Shown here one piece after another: positions 1 through 12,170 of a DNA stretch of 64,000 bases. The notes below the pieces were generated by a model. It searched no databases. It saw only the letters and a list, made by a program, of their open reading frames with translations, and was not told the origin of the DNA. Source of the DNA: Octopus bimaculoides (taxonomy: Eukaryota); assembly GCF_001194135.2 (NCBI RefSeq), contig NC_069008.1, forward strand, positions 568,769-632,768, written 5' to 3'. The position numbers and the translations under genes were made by a program. The stretch's first letter is position 1. Each line of letters begins with the position of its first letter.

Positions 1-164
1 TAGATAGAAAGATAGATAGATAGAAAGATAGATAGATAGATAGATAGATAGTTATGGATATAGAACAGATATATGTACACAGGCACACACATATATATAT
101 GTATACACATGGACACATACATATTCATATGCACATATATGCATATACAAAGACATATATACAC

Positions 165-213
<49 letters not shown>

Positions 214-2352
214 TACACACGCACACACACACACACACACACACATATTTATATATATACACATATATATATGCACATATTAACATACACAAATCCTACA
301 TACACACACGCGGACACATACAAGCAGGGACACACATTGATGTTGTCACATTGCTGTCATCCACATCAGCCTGATCCCCTCCAGGGGCCTACTTAAGCTG
401 TAGTTAGGTGCCTATAGGTAAAAAGAATTTACACAACTAGACACATTAATATATATATATGTATATAGATAGAAGGACGTAGTCATGCACTCAAGCAGGG
501 AAGACTTATGCACACACACGCGCGCATGCACACATACATTAAGATCTATCTATGCACACATATACACACAGACACACTAGCAGTTGCATGCACACACATA
601 CATATAGATAGAGAGAGAGGTGGATAGAGAGAAAAGCAGAGAGAGAAAGACAGACAGACAGGAAAACAGACAGAGATAGAGAGAGAGGGGGAAAGAGAGA
701 GGACAAAGAGACAGGCAGACAGACAGACAGACATCATCATCANNNNNNNNNNNNNNNNNNNNNNNNNNNNNNNNNNNNNNNNNNNNNNNNNNNNNNNNNN
801 NNNNNNNNNNNNNNNNNNNNNNNNNNNNNNNNNNNNNNNNNNNNNNNNNNNNNNNNNNNNNNNNNNNNNNNNNNNNNNNNNNNNNNNNNNNNNNNNNNNN
901 NNNNNNNNNNNNNNNNNNNNNNNNNNNNNNNNNNNNNNNNNNNNNNNNNNNNNNNNNNNNNNNNNNNNNNNNNNNNNNNNNNNNNNNNNNNNNNNNNNNN
1001 NNNNNNNNNNNNNNNNNNNNNNNNNNNNNNNNNNNNNNNNNNNNNNNNNNNNNNNNNNNNNNNNNNNNNNNNNNNNNNNNNNNNNNNNNNNNNNNNNNNN
1101 NNNNNNNNNNNNNNNNNNNNNNNNNNNNNNNNNNNNNNNNNNNNNNNNNNNNNNNNNNNNNNNNNNNNNNNNNNNNNNNNNNNNNNNNNNNNNNNNNNNN
1201 NNNNNNNNNNNNNNNNNNNNNNNNNNNNNNNNNNNNNNNNNNNNNNNNNNNNNNNNNNNNNNNNNNNNNNNNNNNNNNNNNNNNNNNNNNNNNNNNNNNN
1301 NNNNNNNNNNNNNNNNNNNNNNNNNNNNNNNNNNNNNNNNNNNNNNNNNNNNNNNNNNNNNNNNNNNNNNNNNNNNNNNNNNNNNNNNNNNNNNNNNNNN
1401 NNNNNNNNNNNNNNNNNNNNNNNNNNNNNNNNNNNNNNNNNNNNNNNNNNNNNNNNNNNNNNNNNNNNNNNNNNNNNNNNNNNNNNNNNNNNNNNNNNNN
1501 NNNNNNNNNNNNNNNNNNNNNNNNNNNNNNNNNNNNNNNNNNNNNNNNNNNNNNNNNNNNNNNNNNNNNNNNNNNNNNNNNNNNNNNNNNNNNNNNNNNN
1601 NNNNNNNNNNNNNNNNNNNNNNNNNNNNNNNNNNNNNNNNNNNNNNNNNNNNNNNNNNNNNNNNNNNNNNNNNNNNNNNNNNNNNNNNNNNNNNNNNNNN
1701 NNNNNNNNNNNNNNNNNNNNNNNNNNNNNNNNNNNNNNNCCACCACCACTACCACAACCACTACCACCACCATCACCACAACCACTACCACCACCATCAC
1801 CACAACCGCCACCACCACCGCCACCACCACCATAACTATAGTACAAGTGACACACATGCAGAGGTGTGCACGGTAATCATCATTAACACAGCAATGTTCG
1901 TTGATGCACAATGACGTCACAGCATGTGTCTGTGTGTCTGTTTGGTTCTGTATCTGTGTGTGTGTTTATGTGTGTGTCTGTGTGTGTGTGTGTCTGTGTT
2001 TGCACATGTTATAGGTGAGATAACAGGTACGCATATGTGTGAGTGTGTGTGTGTGTGCTTGTATGTGTGTGTGTTGTGTGTGTGCAAGTGTACATCATGA
2101 ATACATGTGTATATATGCACATGTATATATATATATATACATACATATATATACATATATATACATATATATAATATAAATATATATATATATACATATA
2201 TATACACATACATATATATACACATAAATACACACACACACACACACACACACGTATATTATAATCACTATATGCGTGTATCTCCTATTTACTGTGCCAA
2301 ATCTATACACCTATATATATATATATATATATTTTCATACATATATATACAT

Positions 2353-2388
<36 letters not shown>

Positions 2389-3350
2389 NNNNNNNNNNNN
2401 NNNNNNNNNNNNNNNNNNNNNNNNNNNNNNNNNNNNNNNNNNNNNNNNNNNNNNNNNNNNNNNNNNNNNNNNNNNNNNNNNNNNNNNNNNNNNNNNNNNN
2501 NNNNNNNNNNNNNNNNNNNNNNNNNNNNNNNNNNNNNNNNNNNNNNNNNNNNNNNNNNNNNNNNNNNNNNNNNNNNNNNNNNNNNNNNNNNNNNNNNNNN
2601 NNNNNNNNNNNNNNATATATATATATATATATATATATATACGTATGTATGTATGTATATGTACATATATATATATATATATGTAGGTATGTATGTATAT
2701 ATACATGTATGTGTGTATATGCCCATACAATAACATGAAAGACTGTATGTATGTTTGTGTCTCTGTGATAGAAACCAAGAGAAGGTGAGAGGGAGTTAGA
2801 GGGGAGGAGAACAATGTATTCGAGGAGTGGTGAGAGGAGAGAAGTAAAAGCAGTGTATGAGAGAGAGAGTGGGGTGAGTGAGAGGCTGGGAGTCTGTGTG
2901 TATGGGAATGTGAGTGAGGGGGAAAGGGGAGAGGTAGGAGGGAGGGAGGAAGGGAAGGTAAGAGTGTGTGTGTGTGCATGTGTAAAAGAGAGAGGGAGGG
3001 GGAGGAAAAGAAAGAGAGAGAAAGAGTAGCAGAGGGACAGACAGACAGACATAGAGATGAAGAGGAGGGGAAGAAAGAGAAAGACTAAGGCATGGTGCGT
3101 GTCTGTGTGTCTGTATGTGTCTGTGTGTGTGTCTGTGTATGTATCTGTGTGTGTATGTGTGTGTGTCTGTGTATGTGTGTGTGTGTTTGTCTGTGTATGT
3201 GTGTGTGTATGTGTGTGTCTGTGTGTATGTGTGTAAGTGTGTGTGTGTATTTGTGTGTGTGTCTGTCTGTATGTATGTATGTGTGCGTCTGTGTATGTAT
3301 GCGTGTGTCTGTCTGTATGTGTGTGTCTGTATCTGTGTGTGTGTGTGTGT
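1..3350. repeat. Microsatellite-dominated region ((GATA)n, (TA)n, (CA)n, (GA)n, (CAC)n) with N-gaps
   Basis: Direct inspection. Confidence 0.95.
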
Positions 3351-3769
3351 GAAGGAGGAGGCAATAGTCAAAGGAAGGCGAGATGAGGTGGCAGGGTGGG
3401 GCGGCGGGGAAGCTACAGTTGATGCCAGAGCACTACACACTGGTTTGCCCAAACAGCAGGTCACGTGACAGTGAAGTCACGTGGTGTTTGGCACCTGTAG
3501 TCGTTTAGCCCCAGGTCAACCAGAACTGAGCACACCAACCATCACAGATGCACCAGCCACAACTATTAATCCTTATTTCAAGGGGGCACCACGAAACATG
3601 TCCTTCAGAAACACTATATTATGGGTGCAATTTAAGGAATATTTTGCTGCTGTTTTGTGCAAGCCAAGTAACTACTTAAAGGTTAGTTTATAGCTATGGA
3701 ATACAGCTGGTGGAGGTGGTGGAGGTGATGGTTGTTGCATATTCAATATACACATACATAAGACAGTTA

Positions 3770-5300
3770 GGTGTGATTAGAAGGAGATTTGGCTGCTATT
3801 TCTACCAAGTCTAGCTACCATCTAGAGGTCTCCCTCATTGGCTCAGACATATATACATGCATAGGGTGTCATCTGAGGGAGATTTGGCTGCTATTTCTAC
3901 CTGGACTAGCTACCGGGTACAGGTTTCCATCATTAGCTCAAGCATGCACTTATACATACATAAGAAAGTAGAATGTGGTTTGCGGGAGATTTGGCTGCTA
4001 TTTCTAACAGCCTTAGCTACCGCAGAGGAATCTCCCTCAATGGCTTATACAAGCATAAACATATATATACATACATAAGACAAGGTGTGATCTGAGGGAG
4101 ATTTATCTGCTGTTTCTACCTGGTCTAACTACCATGGAGTGGTCTCCCTCATTGGCTCATACATACATATATACATAGATAAGAGAATAGGGTGTGATTT
4201 GAGGGAGATTTGGTTGCTATTTCTAGCAGGTCCAGCTACCATGTAGAGGCCTCCCTCATTGGCTCATACATACATATATACATAGATAAGACAGTAGGGT
4301 GTGATTTGAGGGAGATTTGGCTGTCATTTCTACCAGGTCTAGTTACCATGCAGAGGTCTCCCTCATTGGTTCATATTTAGATATATACATACACAAGACA
4401 GTTGAGATTTGAGGGNNNNNNNNNNNNNNNNNNNNNNNNNNNNNNNNNNNNNNNNNNNNNNNNNNNNNNNNNNNNNNNNNNNNNNNNNNNNNNNNNNNNN
4501 NNNNNNNNNNNNNNNNNNNNNNNNNNNNNNNNNNNNNNNNNNNNNNNNNNNNNNNNNNNNNNNNNNNNNNNNNNNNNNNNNNNNNNNNNNNNNNNNNNNN
4601 NNNNNNNNNNNNNNNNNNNNNNNNNNNNNNNNNNNNNNNNNNNNNNNNNNNNNNNNNNNNNNNNNNNNNNNNNNNNNNNNNNNNNNNNNNNNNNNNNNNN
4701 NNNNNNNNNNNNNNNNNNNNNNNNNNNNNNNNNNNNNNNNNNNNNNNNNNNNNNNNNNNNNNNNNNNNNNNNNNNNNNNNNNNNNNNNNNNNNNNNNNNN
4801 NNNNNNNNNNNNNNNNNNNNNNNNNNNNNNNNNNNNNNNNNNNNNNNNNNNNNNNNNNNNNNNNNNNNNNNNNNNNNNNNNNNNNNNNNNNNNNNNNNNN
4901 NNNNNNNNNNNNNNNNNNNNNNNNNNNNNNNNNNNNNNNNNNNNNNNNNNNNNNNNNNNNNNNNNNNNNNNNNNNNNNNNNNNNNNNNNNNNNNNNNNNN
5001 NNNNNNNNNNNNNNNNNNATACATATATACATAGATAAGACAGTAGGGTGTGATTTGAGGGAGATTTGGCTGCTATTTCTAGCAGGTCTAGCTGCCATGT
5101 AGAGGCCTCCCTCATTGGCTCATACATACATATATACATAGATAAGACAGTAGGGTGTGATTTGAGGGAGATTTGGCTGTCATTTCTACCAGGTCTAGTT
5201 ACCATGCAGAGGTCTCCCTCATTGGTTCATATTTAGATATATACATACACAAGACAGTTGAGATTTGAGGGAAATTTGGCTGTTATTTCTACCAGATCTA
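3770..5300 (+). repeat. Tandem repeat family A (~107-bp unit, at least 9 units, interrupted by gap)
   Basis: Recurring gtgtgatttgagggagatttggctgctatttct...ctccctcattggctcatac; unit starts 4192 and 4299 are 107 bp apart. Confidence 0.9.
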
Positions 5301-5676
5301 GTTACACCTGTCCTCGTCTTTTGTTTTCTGATAAATTTCAACTACATATTCCCCACCTGGACAGGACCCCAGTCCCTCGCAGGATTAACTCACTTTTTGC
5401 AGCTGAGTCGAGTGGAGCAATGTGAAATGAAGTGCTCTGTGCATAGAGTCAACAGATGAGAGATCCAGAGATTCTCAGAATAGAAAACACTTAGTAGCGT
5501 TCGAATGATTCGAACTTAGACTCTAATGTCTTTACGAGGCACCAATTCCACGGGGTAAAGAGTGGCCACAAGACGAATCCAGGGGAGCAGATATGGAAAC
5601 AATTAGGTCTTTGCTTTCTTTCTGTTTTCATCTATACATACATACATATATATGTACAGACGTGTGTGTGTATGTA

Positions 5677-6170
5677 TCATCATCATCATTGTTTAACGTC
5701 CGCCTTCCATGCTAGCATGGGTTGGACGATTTGACTGAGGACTGGTGAAACCAGATGGCTGCACCAGGCTCCAATCTGATTTGGCAGAGTTTCTACAGCT
5801 GGATGCCCTTCCTAACGCCAACCACTCTGAGAGTGTAGTAGGTGCTTTTACGTGTCACCGGCACGAAGGCCAGTCAGGCGGTACTGGCAACGGCCACGCT
5901 CAAAATGGTGTATTTTATGTGACACCTGCACAGGAGCCAGTCCAGCAGCACTGGCAACGATCTTGCTCGAATGTCTTTACACATGCCACAGGCACAAGTG
6001 CCAGGAAGGTGCCATCACAATTTTGCTTTCGCTTGCCCCAACAGGTCTTTGCAACCGGAGTTTAGGAAGGTGTGCATAAGTGCGCTGGCTGCACCCCTGG
6101 CAGAGGCCTTGGATTTAGGTCTCATTTGGCTTGCTGGGTCTTCTCACGCACAGCATATTTCCAAAGGTCT
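5677..6170 (-). mobile_element. Family C retroelement 3' end (RTE-associated, (GAT)n tail)
   Basis: catcatcattgtttaacgtccgccttccatgctagcatgggttggacg on + strand, with internal ~65-bp tandem units. Confidence 0.8.
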
Positions 6171-7147
6171 CTGCTTTCGTCTAACTTCTCATTATTGTAT
6201 TCTTTCTGTTCAAACCTTAATAATGTCTCAAGGATTGCATACATACAGGATGGCTGAAACCTCATGTTCGAGTATTGCCATCACCCAATCAAAAGTCCCA
6301 CACATGCAAAGGCTGTGACCAGCCATTTTTGCAATATGTCTTAGTTGTTTTTTTCTCAAGTGATGTCTGTGCATAATGATTTTTTTTTTTTAGTGGGGGA
6401 AGGATTTGCACAAATCCAATCCAACTTTCTGAACGTGGACAACATAAACTCGTAAAGAAGATTTAATCTACATCATCAAATATTATCAGAGATGCAGGTT
6501 TTCTGTCAGAGTCTCCTCAGGGCTAACGTTAAGCTGATTGGACCAATTACTCCCAATCAAGCCCCATGCCGAAGTGGGGCCTGCACTCCAGAGGCCACAT
6601 TCTATACTGCAACATTTGCTAAAGGTAGTCTCCCTGAAGCTTTTTAAAAAAACCTACATGGTCTTTCAAAAAAAAAAAAACATACCTTCTACACTTTAGC
6701 AACACCAGATATCAAATGAAAAAAAACCCTTTATGCAAAATTGCTTGGGTCAGCCAATGAATTTGAAGAAATTTATTGTATCTTTAGTGAAAGGGTCAAT
6801 ATGTATGTTTGTATGTGAATGTATGAGAGTGTTTATGAGGGTGTTTGGGTAAAATATTTGTGTCTGTGAGAGTATGTATATGCGTGTGCGTATGTTTGTG
6901 TGAGTCAGTTTCTATAAATATGGAGAATTTGGGGGAAACTGTTTTATTTCAATAAAGTGTATTTCATATATATATATATTCTTTTATTTGTTTTAGTCAT
7001 TTGACTGCGGCCATACTGGAGCACTGCCTTTTGTCAAACAAATCGACCCAGGACTTATTCTTTGTAAGCCTAGTACTTACTTATCCTATCGATGAGTGTG
7101 TTAAATTAAAAGGCAATAAAAGAGAATGACTCTCCCCAACCACAACA

Positions 7148-7186
<39 letters not shown>

Positions 7187-7187
<1 letters not shown>

Positions 7188-7385
7188 GTGAGGTGGGGTG
7201 TTGGAAAGTTCCTGACTCGCGGTAAAAGAAAATACAGGAGGATCAGTTAATTATGATTCTATTCAACATCTTTCCCTCTCAAGTTCACACACTTATTGCA
7301 GTGGTCCTTTGGTTATTCTAAGTGCTGTGATAGAACACAGAAGGTTGGGCCTCCAAAGGCCAGGAACTCTCCAACACCCCTCGCA
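7187..7385. mobile_element. Mariner-type MITE
   Basis: Imperfect TIRs (tgtgaggtggggtgttggaaagttcctg / caggaactctccaacacccctcgca); related copy at 22719-22902. Confidence 0.65.
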
Positions 7386-7449
7386 TGTATGTGTATGTGT
7401 GTGTGTATTATGCACATATATTTGTCTGTGTATACACACACACACACTT

Positions 7450-7725
7450 ACTCTTTTACCTGTTTCAGTCATTTGATTGTGACCATGCTGTAGCACCACT
7501 TTTAGATGAGCAAATTGATCCCAGGACTTATTCTTTATAAGCCTAGAACTTATTCTATCAGTAACTTTTGCCGAACCGCTAGGTTACGGGGACAGACACA
7601 GACACACAAACACATACATATATACGATGGGCTTCTTTCAGTTTCCGTTTACCAGATCCACTCCCAAAGGCTTTGGTTGGCCCAAAGCTATAGTAGAAGA
7701 CGCAGTGGGACTGAACCAGGAACTC
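7450..7725 (-). mobile_element. SINE family D copy (reverse)
   Basis: Reverse complement of family D. Confidence 0.8.
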
Positions 7726-8186
7726 CTTAAGAGTATTGTATACATCTAATATTATACATATATATGTACAGAAAGAAAGAAAGAAAAAGAGGTGGATGAA
7801 AGAGAGAAACGGTTAGACATGTCTGCACTTTTATGAATGCGTGTGTATGTGTGTAGATTATGCTAATTGATATATACGCATACTAGCGCGCGCGCACACA
7901 CACATATGTGCATGTATGTGCTCATGTATGTATATTTACCCTCACGTGCATATTGTTTGCAACGCGCGCGCGTCAGTTTGTGTGTGTGAGCATTACTATG
8001 TGTGTGCGTGTTTGCATGTCTGCGTTTGTCACTGTCAGCGCGTGTGTGTGTGTGTGTGTGCGTATGTGTATGTGTGCAAATGTCAACGCACATGGCAAGT
8101 CGTAGTTACGCGCACGGCGACGAATTTACACGAAATCTGACGGCTTGACACGAAGTCTGACGGACAACTCTTATGCTTATGAGCAG

Positions 8187-8214
8187 TGACGTCAGGTGAC
8201 GTCAGGTGACGTCA
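8187..8214. promoter_or_regulatory. Three tandem perfect CRE palindromes (TGACGTCA) at 10-bp spacing
   Basis: TGACGTCA at 8187, 8197 and 8207; the motif is seen directly, function is inferred. Confidence 0.55.
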
Positions 8215-9204
8215 TCGCCCGCTTGATTCGCTGTCATTCTCCAACAGTTGGCTCTTTAACCCCAGGTAAGACCTACCTGGTCGATTAAACCTATGATCAA
8301 AAGCGCTCCAGCACAGATCACCTCGATTTTTCTTTTTTTTTGTAGTGTCTCGGAGACTACACAATAACGAGTGCCCGTCCACGAGATCGACATCATCTAG
8401 TGGGAGATTTGGCTGCTATTTCTAGCAATCAGAAGACTGCGTAGAGGATCCCGTGATAATTGTAGTAGGGAAGGTGGTTCGTGGTGGTGGTGGTGGTGGT
8501 GGTAGTAGTGGTGGTGGTAGTCAACGAAAAATAATAGTGTTAGTGTTAATGATTGCTGCAATGATGATGATGATGGTGATAATGGTGATGATGATGATGG
8601 TGATGATGGTGGTGGTTGTTTTTGCTCTTGTTGCCGAACGCTAGGTCAGTCCGGATTTAGCAGACAGTCTCCCAGCATTATCGGTGATCTGGGTTTTATG
8701 GTTACAGAATGCCAGGTGAAGGTTCTTGCAACACACACACACACACACATACATACATACATACATTAATGCACATACGCATTTACACATAAATACACAC
8801 ACATACATATACAAGTACATACCTAGACACACATTCGCATACAAACGCACACGAACACATACAAGCAGTGTTATATACACATACACAATGCAAACATACG
8901 CATATATACACATAGAAACACACACACAAACGTACATACATGCACACATGTCTACTGGTGGATTGCATGGGATACAATGCACCAGTATGGAGGCCCTGTT
9001 GCATTGTGAACATAATTCCTCACCCAGTTCAACCCTGCTATCTTGTGCCACAGCAGAATGGTTCTTTGACCACTGAATATAAATGCATCCCCCCCCCCAN
9101 NNNNNNNNNNNNNNNNNNNNNNNNNNAAAAAAAAAAAAACTAATGTATATTATGGAAATACTACACACACACACACACACCTAATGGTAAAAATACCATA
9201 CAAG

Positions 9205-9876
9205 CAGTGGTGGCTCATGTACAGGAACTGCAGAACTGCAGCACCCCCTATTTCCACTCGATATTATCAATAGCATTCAATATAATGAGTCTTTCTTTTC
9301 TTTAATTCTTTCTTTATACTTATACATTATATAATCCTTAAGTTTAATGTCTGTAGCCATCCCTTAGTTTATAAAAAAAAAATACAAAAATCCTTGCATG
9401 GAATTGTGTGCTTCACAGTTCCAGTGAAGTAGTGTTTGGCTGTTGTGTGCATGTTCACATGTCCGAGATAGGAAGCTTCACACTAGGGAGAGACAGTACT
9501 GTCGTTCATGCAGTGCCGACCTTGGTGTGCTGGTGAAAGAGTTTCTTTTGACTCCGCCCTGTGTTGTGCTTAGAAACATGTTAGATACAGTGTAGAATTA
9601 GATTATTATCCTGCTTCCAGGATTTGAAAATAGAGCAAATTTTTCCAACATATTTTGTGATTGAGGAGGGATTTTTGAAAAACCAAGGGGGAATTTGCAG
9701 CAGTGTCCAGTGAAGAAATTAAACACACTACCCACCAGTGGCTAAAACACAAACTGATCAAGTTTATGTATAAATATTCTTTTTATATATTTGTTTCCTT
9801 TTGCACAATATTAAAAGAACAGCTAAAAATTTTCTGAAGCAGCACCTCAAATAATTTTATTTATGAGCCACTACTG
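9205..9876. mobile_element. Non-autonomous hAT-like DNA transposon
   Basis: 14-bp TIR cagtggtggctcat / atgagccactactg (13/14 match) flanked by 8-bp TSD catacaag / catccaag (7/8). Confidence 0.75.
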
Positions 9877-10339
9877 CATCCAAGGGATGACATTCAGTGA
9901 AGCAATGACCAAATATTTTGCCTCTTTCAGGAACTGAAATATCTCATCTGTGCACAACTACAGATAAGAGCAGTATATCACTGACTGAACTGCTGGATCC
10001 ATTAAAGCTTCTTCTTGTCTTCTATCAGTGCATCTCAATGAAATGTTTTAGAGAATTTAGAGCCAGCAATGAAAGTTATGATATTTCATATATGAAGACA
10101 TATATGTAAACAATGCAATTGAAGGTAGAAAAAATAGGTAACGGATGTCTAAACAACTTTCAGAAGTGCCTGCTCTTTCTTCGGTCAACCCTTTCACCAT
10201 CCAGGCATATTGATTGCTTAAATGCAGAGATTTAGATATCAAACCCATTCCTGGCAACCGATACGTGTGTATTAATTGCTTGCAGGGAAACCATATTTCG
10301 TTGTGCAGCCATTGTATGTTCAATCTCGGGAGGGTAAGA

Positions 10340-10527
10340 TTCCCAAGATCCGGGGACAAGTTCCCTCCAGTGGTCCTTGTCCTTCACCATTGCTGCCATG
10401 TCCTGTGTCAGTCCTTCGGGCATCAACATAGGTCATCCTCAGTCTCCCTTTTCTAGTGTGTCCGTGGAGGGGCTCCCACGGGGGCACTGAGAGCAGTATC
10501 AACTCTGAATGACGGTCAGCAGGTCCA
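10340..10527 (-). mobile_element. RTE-like non-LTR retrotransposon, degraded RT C-terminal fragment
   Basis: Frameshifted WEPLHGHTRKGRLRMTYVD ... MAAMVKDKDHWRELV, typical RTE C-terminal motif. Confidence 0.6.
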
Positions 10528-10847
10528 GTTTTTCAAAAATCCCTCCTCAATCACAAAATGGGGAGGGGGAATGTGTATGTATATAGGTATTCAGATGCAC
10601 ATATTTATATTTATTTTCTGAAAGCTATATCAGCGTGTCCCAGCCTTTTCACTACCAAAGACCCCTTTTATTTAAATGAGTTTTCCCACCAACCTTTTTT
10701 ATTACGTTGTCAAGGAAGTTCTTGTGGCTTTTAACCTTTAAATTCAGATGTACACATAATTATTTCCTGAAAGCTATATCAGCGTGTCCCAGCCTTTTCA
10801 CTACCAAAGACTCCTTTTATTTAAATGAGTTTTCCCACCAACCCCTT

Positions 10848-11157
10848 TTATTGTGTTGTCGAGAAAGTTCTTGCAGGTTTTTAACCTTTAAATTCAGATG
10901 CACATATCTCGGCTCAAACAAAACTTTGTTAATCGAAATAAACACCATCAGAATCAACACACTTTTGCCGACGCGAAACAAGTTTATTTCTGCCAGTAGC
11001 ATAAAAATCCTGCATTCTGGTGGCGATGAAGTCGTTGAAGGCGTGTTTGGCATCGTCTTGGTTTTTGAAGCATTTCTCACGCAGGAAGTTGTCGAGATGC
11101 TTGAAAAAGTAGTAGTCGGTAGGCGAGAGGTCTGGGGAGTATGGTGGATGAGGCATT
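10848..11157 (-). pseudogene. Mariner transposase C-terminal fragment plus right TIR
   Basis: HPPYSPDLSPTDYYFFKHL...KCVDSDGVYFD* motif; mariner-like end aaaacctgcaagaactttctcgacaacacaata on the - strand. Confidence 0.9.
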
Positions 11158-11179
11158 AAACGATGATGATGAGGAGATA

Positions 11180-11277
11180 TACGAAGGATGTATGACAAGT
11201 TTTGAGCCTTTCAGCCTTGAAATCTTGTACCACATTTTGTTTTTTGGAGGCTCAAGATTTTTCATACACCCTTCATA
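11180..11277. mobile_element. ~98-bp mariner-type MITE
   Basis: ~30-bp imperfect TIRs tacgaaggatgtatgacaagttttgagcct / aggctcaagatttttcatacacccttcata, bounded by TA. Confidence 0.7.
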
Positions 11278-11298
11278 AATATATATATATATATATGT

Positions 11299-11671
11299 AG
11301 GCGTAGGAGTGGCTGTGTGGTAAGTAGCTTGCTTACCAACCACATGGTCCCGGGTTCAGTCCCACTGCGTGGCATCTTGGGCAAGTGTCTTCTACTATAG
11401 CCTCGGGCCGACCAATGCCTTGTGAGTGGATTTAGTAGACAGAAACTGAAAGCAGCCTGTCGTATATATGTATGTGTTTGTCCCCCAAACATCGCTTGAC
11501 AACCGATGCTGGTGCGTTTATGTCCCTGTAACTTAGCGGTTCGGCAAAAGAGACCGAAAGAATAAGTACTAGGCTTCCAAAGAATAAGTCCTGGGGTCGA
11601 TTTGCTCGACTAAAGGCGGTGCTCCAGCATGGCCACAGTCAAAAGACTGAAACAAGTAAAAGAGTAAAAGA
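11299..11671 (+). mobile_element. tRNA-derived SINE (family D), full length
   Basis: Head ggagtggctgtgtggtaagtagcttgc...gggttcagtccc (A/B-box-like), CORE-like cttgggcaagtgtct, tail gaaacaagtaaaagagt; many copies in window. Confidence 0.85.
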
Positions 11672-11844
11672 TATATATATATATATATGAAGGGCATCCA
11701 GCTGTAGAAACTTTGCCAGATCAGATTGGAACCTGGTGCACCCATCTGGTTCACCAGTCCTCAGTCAAATCGTCCAGCCCATGCCAGCATGGAAAGCGGA
11801 CGTTAAACGATGATGATGATGATGATATATATATATAAATAAAG

Positions 11845-12170
11845 AGGCGCAGGAGTGCGTCTGTGCTAAGTAGCTTGCTTACCAACCACATGATTCCGGG
11901 TTCAGTCCTACTGCATGAGACCTTGGACAAGTGCCTTCTACTATAGCCTCGGGCTGACCAAAGCCTTGTGAGTGGATTTGGTAGACAGAAACTGAAAGAA
12001 GCCCGTCGTATGTGTGTTCACGTCCCCGTAACCTAGAGGTTCGGCAAAAGAGAACGATAGAATAAGTACTAGGCTTAAAAAGAATAAGTCCTGGGGTCTA
12101 TTTGTTCGACTAAAGGCGGGTGCTCCAGCATGGCCGCAGTCAAATGACCGAAACAAATAAAAGAAAAGAA
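11845..12170 (+). mobile_element. SINE family D copy
   Basis: High similarity to 11299-11671. Confidence 0.85.

Noticed and set aside
52-3364. Many ORF-track entries such as YIYIYI, VCVCVC, HTHTHT (here and throughout)
   Set aside because: Translations of di- and tetranucleotide microsatellites, not genes
4255-5270. Near-identical blocks on both sides of the gap (also at 16020-16110, 22920-23045, 54650-54690, 55790-55875)
   Set aside because: Duplicated sequence flanking N-gaps is typical of unmerged contig overlaps, so treated as assembly artefact
3770-5300. CRISPR-like appearance of repeat A (conserved unit plus variable spacer); likewise repeat B
   Set aside because: Eukaryotic context, units over 100 bp, spacers are related microsatellite-like sequence, and no cas genes
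8950-9080. Cys-containing unique ORF segment with possible splice sites
   Set aside because: No recognisable homology or linked exons; cannot be supported
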